In this document: positions 25,742 to 32,000 of the stretch, piece after piece
How positions within the stretch are numbered: position 1 is the stretch's first letter
How the letters are laid out: the number at the start of each line of letters is the position of its first letter
The notes under the pieces: model-generated
The model's database searches: none
What the model saw: the letters and a program-made list of their open reading frames with translations, nothing else
What the model was told of the DNA's origin: nothing
NCBI RefSeq assembly: GCF_009858245.1
Contig: NZ_VMSB01000001.1
Span: 2,453,623 to 2,485,622 of the forward strand
From: Ornithinibacter aureus
GTDB taxonomy: Bacteria > Actinomycetota > Actinomycetes > Actinomycetales > Dermatophilaceae
Reading direction: 5' to 3'
Length of the DNA: 32,000 bases
Translations under genes and position numbers: made by a program

Positions 25742-28700
25742 ATGGCCCGTTCCACCCTTGCCCGGCTCGTCGCGAAGGTCGCCGTGGGCGCCCTCGCCGT
25801 GGTGACGCCCGTGGCGCTGGCCCCTGTGGCCGCCCAGGCCGCGGCCGGGGACCTGCTCATCTCGGAGTACGTCGAGGGGACAGGAGTCAACAAGGCCATC
25901 GAGATCTACAACGGCACGGGCGCGCCGGTCGACCTCGGTGCCGGTGGCTACCGGCTCGAGCTGTACAGCAACGGCTCGGCGACGGCGACCGCGTCGGCGA
26001 ACCTGACCGGCGCCATCGCCGATGGGGACGTCTTCGTCGCGGCCAACGGGGGGGCCAACCCGACGATTCTCGCCGTGACCGACCTGATCACCAACACGGT
26101 GGCCAACTGGAATGGCGACGACGCGGTCGTGCTGCGCAAGGGCGGCGTCAACGGCACCGTCGTCGACGCCTTCGGGCAGATCGGCACTCGCCCCAGCACC
26201 GAGTGGGGCACCGGTCTGACGAGCACCGCCGACAACACCCTGCGCCGCAAGGACACCGTCTGCGTCGGGGACAACGACGGCAGCAACTCGTTCGACCCGT
26301 CGATCAAGTGGGTCGGCTTCGCCGTGGACACCTTCGACGGTCTCGGTGCGCACGTCGCCAACTGCAGCGACACCCCGCCCGTCGAGCAGGCCCCGGCCGT
26401 CACGGCCGTCACGCCGGCAAACGCCGGATCCGGCTCCGCCCGGGTCAGCCCGACCGTGACCTTCAGCGAGGGTGTGGCCCTCGACGGCGCGGTCACCCTG
26501 GTGTGCAGCGTCACCGGCGACGTGCCCGTGACCGTCAGCGGTGGGCCCACGACGTTCACCGTCGACCCCACCCCCCGCCTGACCTACGGCGAGACCTGCA
26601 CCCTGACCGTGCTGGCCGCCGGAGTCTCCGACCTCGATGCGAACGACCCTCCGGAGGCCATGGTCACGGACTTCTCCTCCACCTTCACCGTCGTGCTGTC
26701 CTCGGCCTGCGCGTCCGCGGTCACCCCGATCCCCGCGATCCAGGGAACGGGTGCCACCGTGGCGCTCACCGGTCCCCAGACCGTCCGGGGTGTCGTCGTG
26801 GGCGACTACGAAGGGGCTTCGCCGGCACTGCGTGGCTTCTACCTCCAGGATGCCGGCGACGGCGACCCCGCCACCTCGGACGGCATCTTCATCTTCAACG
26901 GCGGCAACCAGGACCTCGTCGAGGTTGGGGACATCGTCACCGTGACCGGCACGGCCGGTGAGAACCAGGGTCAGAGCCAGATCTCCACGAACGCGGCGGG
27001 CATAGCCGACTGCGGCACGGGCTCGGTCGACCCGACCCCGGTGACCCTGCCGATGCTCAGCCTCACCGACTTCGAGAAGTACGAAGGCATGCACGTCGAG
27101 ACGACCCAGCCGCTGTACGTCACCGAGCACTTCCAGCTCGGTCGATTCGGCCAGGTCGTCGTCTCCAGCGGTGGCCGCCTCCAGCAGCCCACCAACGTCG
27201 TCGCCCCGGGTGCCGACGCCCTTGCCCTCCAGGAGAGCAACAACCTCAACCGCCTCATCGTCGATGACGGCTCCCAGGCCCAGAACCCCGACCCGATCCT
27301 CTTCGGCCGCGGCGGTGACCCCCTGTCCGCCGAGAACACGCTGCGCGGTGGAGACGTCCTCACCGAGGCCGTCGGCGTCATGACCTACACGTGGGCCGGC
27401 AACGCCGCGAGCGGCAACGCGTACCGCCTGCGCCCGGTCGGCGCACTCAACGCTTCGTTCGACTTCCAGGCGGCCAACCCCCGCCCCGAGGCACCCGAGG
27501 AGGTCGGCGGTGACGTGCGGGCCGCCGCGATGAACCTGCTCAACTACTTCAACACCTTCGACGGACTGCCGGACAACGTCGACAACTGCACCCTCGGCGT
27601 GGGCGGCAACAGCACCGACTGCCGCGGCGCCGACACGCAGGAGGAGTTCGACCGGCAGTGGGCCAAGACGGTCGCAGCGATCCTCGCGGTCGACGCCGAC
27701 GTCCTCGGCGTCAACGAGATCGAGAACGACGGCTACGGCAGCGACAGCTCGCTGAGGCACCTCGTCGACCGGATCAACGCCGAGACCGGCGACGACACCT
27801 ACGCCTACATCGACGCCGACAGCAACACCGGCCAGACCAACGCGCTGGGCACCGACGCGATCAAGGTCGGCATGCTCTACAAGCCGGCAACCGTCACGCC
27901 CATCGGCCAGACGGCGGTCCTCAACACCACCGAGTTCGTCGGTGGCGGCGACACGGCCCCCCGCAGCCGGCCCTCGCTCGCGCAGGCCTTCCGGGTCAAC
28001 GCGACCGGTGGCTCGTTCGTCGCGGACGTCAACCACCTGAAGTCCAAGGGCTCGGCCTGCACGGTGCCGGATGCCCTGGACGGCCAGGGCAACTGCAACG
28101 CCTCCCGCACGGTCTCGGCGCAGGCTCTCGCGACCTGGCTGGACAGCGACCCGACCGGCACGGGCGAGAAGGACGTGCTCATCCTCGGTGACCTCAACTC
28201 CTACGCCATGGAGGACCCGATCACGGTCCTGAAGAACGCCGGCTACACCAACCTGGTGAGCAGCTTCCTCGGTGAGGACGCCTACTCCTACGTCTTCGAC
28301 GGCCAGTGGGGCTACCTCGACCACGCGCTGGGCTCGGCCGACCTGTTCGGCAAGGACCAGGTCGCCGGCGTCGCGGAGTTCCACATCAACGCCGACGAGC
28401 CGTCGGTGCTGGACTACAACACCGACTTCAAGACGGCCAACCTCCAGGACGTGCTCTACGCCCCGGACATGTTCCGCGTCTCCGACCACGACCCGGTCAT
28501 CGTCGGCCTCACGCCGAACTCCCCGGCCACCGTCCAGGCAGCCTTCGACGACACGTCGGTGAGCTGCGGTGCGGGCAGCGCCAGCCTCACGGTCGACATC
28601 GCCGACCGGGATGCCGCCGACACCCACGAGGTGAAGATCGCCTGGGGTGACGGCACGACGGAGACGGTGAACACGGCATCCGACTCGCTCACCCGCACCC

Positions 28701-29098
28701 ACACCTACGCCGCAGCCGGGCGCTACACGGCGACGGTCACCGTCACCGACAGCCACGGCCACGTCACGACGACGACCGCCGACGTCGCCGTCGAGTTCAC
28801 GACGACCGGCGTGCTCGCCCCGTTCAAGAAGGGCAGCGTCACGGCCAAGCAGGGCTCGACGGTGCCGGTGAAGGTCGAGCTCGCCGACTGCGACGGGTCC
28901 GAGCCCACCGACCTCGACCCGACGCTCACGGTGAGCCAGGGCAGCACCGTCGTGGCGAGCGGCACGCTCACCTACGTCGACGGCAAGTGGCAGTACAACC
29001 TGTCGACCGCGGGCCTGGCACCGGGTAGCTACACGGTGACGATCACCGTGCCCCACACCGGTCAGACCATCACCGCCACCCTCGTCGTGCGGCGCTGA
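25742..29098 (+). CDS. ExeM/NucH-type extracellular nuclease (lamin-tail domain + EEP nuclease domain + PKD-like domain)
   Basis: Signal peptide ending AAQAAAG. LTD-like LLISEYVEG...KAIEIYN. EEP motifs DVLGVNEIEND and SDHDPVIVGL. PKD-like WGDGTTE...HTYAAAGRYTATVTVTD. Confidence 0.85.
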   Translation: MARSTLARLVAKVAVGALAVVTPVALAPVAAQAAAGDLLISEYVEGTGVNKAIEIYNGTGAPVDLGAGGYRLELYSNGSATATASANLTGAIADGDVFVAANGGANPTILAVTDLITNTVANWNGDDAVVLRKGGVNGTVVDAFGQIGTRPSTEWGTGLTSTADNTLRRKDTVCVGDNDGSNSFDPSIKWVGFAVDTFDGLGAHVANCSDTPPVEQAPAVTAVTPANAGSGSARVSPTVTFSEGVALDGAVTLVCSVTGDVPVTVSGGPTTFTVDPTPRLTYGETCTLTVLAAGVSDLDANDPPEAMVTDFSSTFTVVLSSACASAVTPIPAIQGTGATVALTGPQTVRGVVVGDYEGASPALRGFYLQDAGDGDPATSDGIFIFNGGNQDLVEVGDIVTVTGTAGENQGQSQISTNAAGIADCGTGSVDPTPVTLPMLSLTDFEKYEGMHVETTQPLYVTEHFQLGRFGQVVVSSGGRLQQPTNVVAPGADALALQESNNLNRLIVDDGSQAQNPDPILFGRGGDPLSAENTLRGGDVLTEAVGVMTYTWAGNAASGNAYRLRPVGALNASFDFQAANPRPEAPEEVGGDVRAAAMNLLNYFNTFDGLPDNVDNCTLGVGGNSTDCRGADTQEEFDRQWAKTVAAILAVDADVLGVNEIENDGYGSDSSLRHLVDRINAETGDDTYAYIDADSNTGQTNALGTDAIKVGMLYKPATVTPIGQTAVLNTTEFVGGGDTAPRSRPSLAQAFRVNATGGSFVADVNHLKSKGSACTVPDALDGQGNCNASRTVSAQALATWLDSDPTGTGEKDVLILGDLNSYAMEDPITVLKNAGYTNLVSSFLGEDAYSYVFDGQWGYLDHALGSADLFGKDQVAGVAEFHINADEPSVLDYNTDFKTANLQDVLYAPDMFRVSDHDPVIVGLTPNSPATVQAAFDDTSVSCGAGSASLTVDIADRDAADTHEVKIAWGDGTTETVNTASDSLTRTHTYAAAGRYTATVTVTDSHGHVTTTTADVAVEFTTTGVLAPFKKGSVTAKQGSTVPVKVELADCDGSEPTDLDPTLTVSQGSTVVASGTLTYVDGKWQYNLSTAGLAPGSYTVTITVPHTGQTITATLVVRR

Positions 29099-29109
29099 CG
29101 GATCTGCCC

Positions 29110-29592
29110 ATGAACACCCCGGCGACCCCTGCGGCAACGACGCCGCGGGGGTCGCCGGGTTCGTCCGGCCGACCCGCCGGTGGCCCGCCGGGCTCTGGCC
29201 TGGCGCGCACGCTCGTGCGCTGGGCGCTTGCCGTGCTCCTCGCGACGGCGGGGGTGGGGCACTTCGCGTCGGCGGAGGCCTTTCGCGCTCAGGTACCGCC
29301 GTGGATGCCGTGGCCCGAGGCCGTGATCGCCGTCAGCGGGGTGATCGAGCTGGTCCTCGCAGGTGCGCTGGTGCTCGCCCCGGCGCGGCTGCGCCCGGTC
29401 GTGGGCTGGGTGGTCGCCGCGTTCTTCGTCGCGATCTTCCCGGGCAACATCAGCCAGTACGTCACCGGGACAGCGGCCTTCGGCCTTGATTCGGATGCCG
29501 CGCGGCTGGCTCGGCTGGCGTTTCAGCCGGTGCTCGTGGCGGCGGCCCTGTGGTCAACCGGCGCCTGGGCAGCCTGGCGAAGGCGACGCTGA
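29110..29592 (+). CDS. DoxX-like membrane protein
   Basis: Four predicted TM helices, with a disordered Pro/Gly-rich N-tail. Confidence 0.65.
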   Translation: MNTPATPAATTPRGSPGSSGRPAGGPPGSGLARTLVRWALAVLLATAGVGHFASAEAFRAQVPPWMPWPEAVIAVSGVIELVLAGALVLAPARLRPVVGWVVAAFFVAIFPGNISQYVTGTAAFGLDSDAARLARLAFQPVLVAAALWSTGAWAAWRRRR

Positions 29593-29597
29593 CCTTC

Positions 29598-29659
29598 CCG
29601 CCGAGGGTGGTCCGGTGTGCACGATGTGACCAATAGGTCACTTCGTGCACGCTCGGCGG
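29598..29659. terminator. Bidirectional hairpin between convergent genes
   Basis: GTGCACGATGTGACC-AATA-GGTCACTTCGTGCAC forms a 15-bp stem with one mismatch, nested inside CCGCCGAG/CTCGGCGG. Confidence 0.45.
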
Positions 29660-29662
29660 GTG

Positions 29663-29863
29663 TCAGACCTGGCGTTCGAAGGTGATGAGCAGGCCTTCGA
29701 CGCCGCCCGGGCCGACGCGCCCCTTGACGTCGGCTGCCGTGATGGCCTTCAGTTGCCACCCCTGCGCCGCCCACTCGTTGAGCACCTTCTCGACCCGGTC
29801 ACCGGAGACCTTGCCGCCGATCATCTTCTCGCGGACCTCGACGACCTTGTACTGGTATGCCAT
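29663..29863 (-). CDS. DUF4177 domain protein
   Basis: MAYQYKVVEV...LNEWAAQGWQL is typical of DUF4177. 66 aa. Confidence 0.8.
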   Translation of the reverse strand: MAYQYKVVEVREKMIGGKVSGDRVEKVLNEWAAQGWQLKAITAADVKGRVGPGGVEGLLITFERQV

Positions 29864-29899
29864 GGCCCCACCGTAGCCCGGTTGTGGCAGGCTGACACG

Positions 29900-30550
29900 G
29901 TGGGGACGGTCTCGGGGACAGCGGAACTGCTGGCTGAAGTGGCGTCAGCGGTCGATGCCGGCGACCCCACCGGTGCCCGCCGCGCAGCCAGTGAGGTCGA
30001 CGCCGGCATCCGCGACGACCTGTGGCACCTGCTCGCGACGCGTGCGGCCGCCGGCTCCGTCGTCGCCGCCGAGGTGCTGCTCGTCGAGCTCGACGAGTCG
30101 GGGATGGTGCGCCGGTTCGCCCGCGGCGCCCTGCTCGACGAGTCGGCGATCGACGATGTCTGCCAAGACTCGCTCATCTCGATCGCGGCCTCGCTCGAGA
30201 GCTTTCGCGGCGACGCCAAGGTCAGCACCTGGGTGCACAGCATCGTGCGCCGGCGGATTGTCGACCACCTGCGCCGGCAGCGGGCCACGGCCCCCCTGCC
30301 CGACAGTGACACCGGTCCGGGCGAGCGGATGAGCTCGCTGCTCGCCACCCGGGCCACGGTGCGCGACGCCCTGGCCGCCCTGCCCGAGCCGTATCGCACG
30401 CCGGTGACGCTGCGTGACCTCGAGGGCCTGGCCTACGCCGACGTCGCCGACCGTCTCGACCTGCCGCTCGGCACGGTCAAGGGCCAGATCTCCCGCGGTC
30501 GGGCCCTGCTCGCCGCCTCCCTGCGCGAGCCGGGGGTTGATCTCACGTGA
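29900..30550 (+). CDS. ECF-type RNA polymerase sigma-70 factor
   Basis: Region 2 is DDVCQDSLISIAASLESFRGDAKVSTWVHSIVRRRIVDHLRR. Region 4 is YRTPVTLRDLEGLAYADVADRLDLPLGTVKGQISRGR. The GTG start at 29900 was chosen because the longer ORF overlaps the DUF4177 gene, and alternatives exist at 29939 and 30104. Confidence 0.8.
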   Translation: MGTVSGTAELLAEVASAVDAGDPTGARRAASEVDAGIRDDLWHLLATRAAAGSVVAAEVLLVELDESGMVRRFARGALLDESAIDDVCQDSLISIAASLESFRGDAKVSTWVHSIVRRRIVDHLRRQRATAPLPDSDTGPGERMSSLLATRATVRDALAALPEPYRTPVTLRDLEGLAYADVADRLDLPLGTVKGQISRGRALLAASLREPGVDLT

Positions 30551-31818
30551 GCGACATGACGCGCGGCGCCGATCGGTACCTCGGGCGGTACCGCCTCGGG
30601 GAGGTCATCGGGGTCGGCTCGTTCGCCACCGCGTACCTCGCGACCGACGACCGCCTCGAGGCCGACGTCGTCATCAAGGTGCTCGCCGAGAACCACAGCC
30701 TCAACCCCGAGGTGCGCGAGCGCTTCATCGCCGAGGGCCGCAGCCTGCGCCGGGTGCGCAGCCCCAACGTCGTCACCGTGCACGACATCGGTGAAAGCGA
30801 CCGCCAACAGCCTTACCTCGTGCTGGAGCACGCGGACCGCGGCACGCTGGCTGCCCGGGTGGCCAGCCTGCGTGGGGCGGGCTGGCAGGTCACTGCCGCA
30901 GACCTGCTGCACCTCGTGCGCTCGCTCGTCGATGCGCTCGACGCGGTGCATGCCGCGCAGCTCGTGCACCGCGACCTCAGCCCCTCGAACGTGCTGTTGA
31001 CCACCGACGGCCACCCGGCTGCGCGCTCGCGTGCAGACACGACCGGCCGCGCGCTGGTCGAGGACGACGAGCGCGTCCTGCTCGCCGACCTCGGGCTGTG
31101 CAAGGACCTTGCCCTCAACTCCGGGCTCACGGTCGCCGGTGGCACCGCCGGGTTCCGCCCGCCAGAGATGGAGAGCGGCCCAGCCGTCATCGACACCCGC
31201 GCCGACCTCTGGGCGCTGTCCGCCGTGGTCAGGTGGCTCTGCACCGACAGTGACGTCGCGACTCTGGTGGCTCCCGTGCTGGAACGCAGCCTGGCCACCA
31301 ACCCGGCCGACCGGCATCCGGACGTGCGTTCCTGGCTCGCCGAGATCGAGGATGCCGTGGCACCCGTCGGCGCTCCTGCCGCACCCGAGCGGGTCGCGCC
31401 GGTGATGTCGAGCTCGTCGGCAGCGCTCGACGGTGAGCCGGTGCCCGTGCCGGCGCCCTCGGCTGGGGTGGGGCGGCGCACCCTCGGGCTGGGCGCGGCC
31501 GGTGTCGCACTCGCCGGCCTCGCCGTCGGTTGGGCGCTCCGCGGAGATGGCGAATCGCCTTCCAGCCGTGACGAATCGTTCATTTCGATCGACGGGCCGA
31601 CCAGCACCAGACCCGGCGAAAGCGCGACGTTCACCCTGGAACGCACCGGGGTGAGTGCGTGGGTGTGGGTGCTTCCCACCGGGGAGTTCGTCGCGAACCA
31701 GCAGTCGGTGACGCTGACGCCGAGTGGCCCAGGGGAGGCCCTGATCAGCGTCCAGGCCACCGATGACACCGGCCAGGCGCTGCACGTCGAGCACCAGCTG
31801 AACGTCGTCGAATCCTGA
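30547..31818 (+). CDS. Ser/Thr protein kinase with a TM helix and small extracytoplasmic beta-rich domain
   Basis: IGVGSFATAY, VVIKVL, HRDLSPSNVLL, LADLGL and GFRPPE. TM helix GLGAAGVALAGLAVGWAL. The GTG start overlaps the sigma stop (GTGA). Confidence 0.85.
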   Translation: MSDMTRGADRYLGRYRLGEVIGVGSFATAYLATDDRLEADVVIKVLAENHSLNPEVRERFIAEGRSLRRVRSPNVVTVHDIGESDRQQPYLVLEHADRGTLAARVASLRGAGWQVTAADLLHLVRSLVDALDAVHAAQLVHRDLSPSNVLLTTDGHPAARSRADTTGRALVEDDERVLLADLGLCKDLALNSGLTVAGGTAGFRPPEMESGPAVIDTRADLWALSAVVRWLCTDSDVATLVAPVLERSLATNPADRHPDVRSWLAEIEDAVAPVGAPAAPERVAPVMSSSSAALDGEPVPVPAPSAGVGRRTLGLGAAGVALAGLAVGWALRGDGESPSSRDESFISIDGPTSTRPGESATFTLERTGVSAWVWVLPTGEFVANQQSVTLTPSGPGEALISVQATDDTGQALHVEHQLNVVES

Positions 31819-31906
31819 AGCGGAGAAACTTCCGGCGCGACGTAACTTTCCGCCGCGCTGGCGCGACGTACTCATGACAAGCAGACACCACCTTGAGGGA
31901 GATCTC

Positions 31907-32000
31907 ATGACCAAGCACACCCACCGCATAGCGGTTCTCGCCGTGGCAGCGACCCTGGCGCTCAGCGCCTGCACCGGCGGCGACAAGGCCGCGTTCGACG
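31907..32000 (+). CDS. Lipoprotein, N-terminal fragment (runs off the window)
   Basis: ATG preceded by GAGGGA. MTKHTHRIAVLAVAATLALSAC contains a lipobox (LSAC). Confidence 0.5.
   Translation, partial: MTKHTHRIAVLAVAATLALSACTGGDKAAFD

Noticed and set aside
31834-31870. The 11-bp direct repeat GGCGCGACGTA (31834 and 31860), between the kinase gene and the partial lipoprotein gene.
   Set aside because: It is short and GC-rich, with a single pair at the window edge and no context to interpret it.

Overview
High-GC actinobacterial chromosomal window, with all family names assigned from motifs read by eye (no searches were possible). The left edge holds the conserved pstP(start)-fhaB-fhaA signalling cluster, a pirin gene and tRNA-Leu(CAG). 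Directly after the tRNA lies a ~10.5 kb lower-GC insertion (about 2.79-13.29 kb). Hand counts on a few 60-nt lines gave ~52-63% GC inside it versus ~80% on one core line.

The insertion carries a frameshift-decayed tyrosine-recombinase-like gene coupled to a frameshift-decayed DDE transposase, followed by an intact cargo that is the most interesting part of the window:
- an SPPY-type DNA methyltransferase (6645-8117, +);
- converging on it (the two stop codons share one CTAG), a translationally coupled minus-strand operon of a Rad50/SMC-like ABC ATPase with a 4-Cys Zn ribbon at its exact midpoint (9920-11932), an acidic 'middle' protein (9166-9963) and a PD-(D/E)xK nuclease-fold protein (8114-9169);
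- upstream, a separately terminated DUF4238-like gene (12062-12940).

The ATPase/middle/effector triad matches the ABC three-component (ABC-3C) or Lamassu-like defence architecture. The tight pairing with a methyltransferase is not a named system I recognise, so this is a candidate methylation-linked SMC-type defence system.

The rest is ordinary core genome: PCuAC-DyP peroxidase operon, vapBC, fused membrane/spermidine-synthase-like protein, acyltransferase + SDR, bfd-bfr with an IdeR-like box, GNAT, thermonuclease, DUF3516-type DEAD/DEAH helicase, DUF1801, a large ExeM/NucH-type secreted nuclease, DoxX-like, DUF4177, and an ECF sigma factor coupled to a Ser/Thr kinase.

One DNA-level signal stands out. 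The octamer GGATGCCG/CGGCATCC occurs ~39 times in the ~21 kb of core DNA but only once in the island. No CRISPR array or rRNA was seen.
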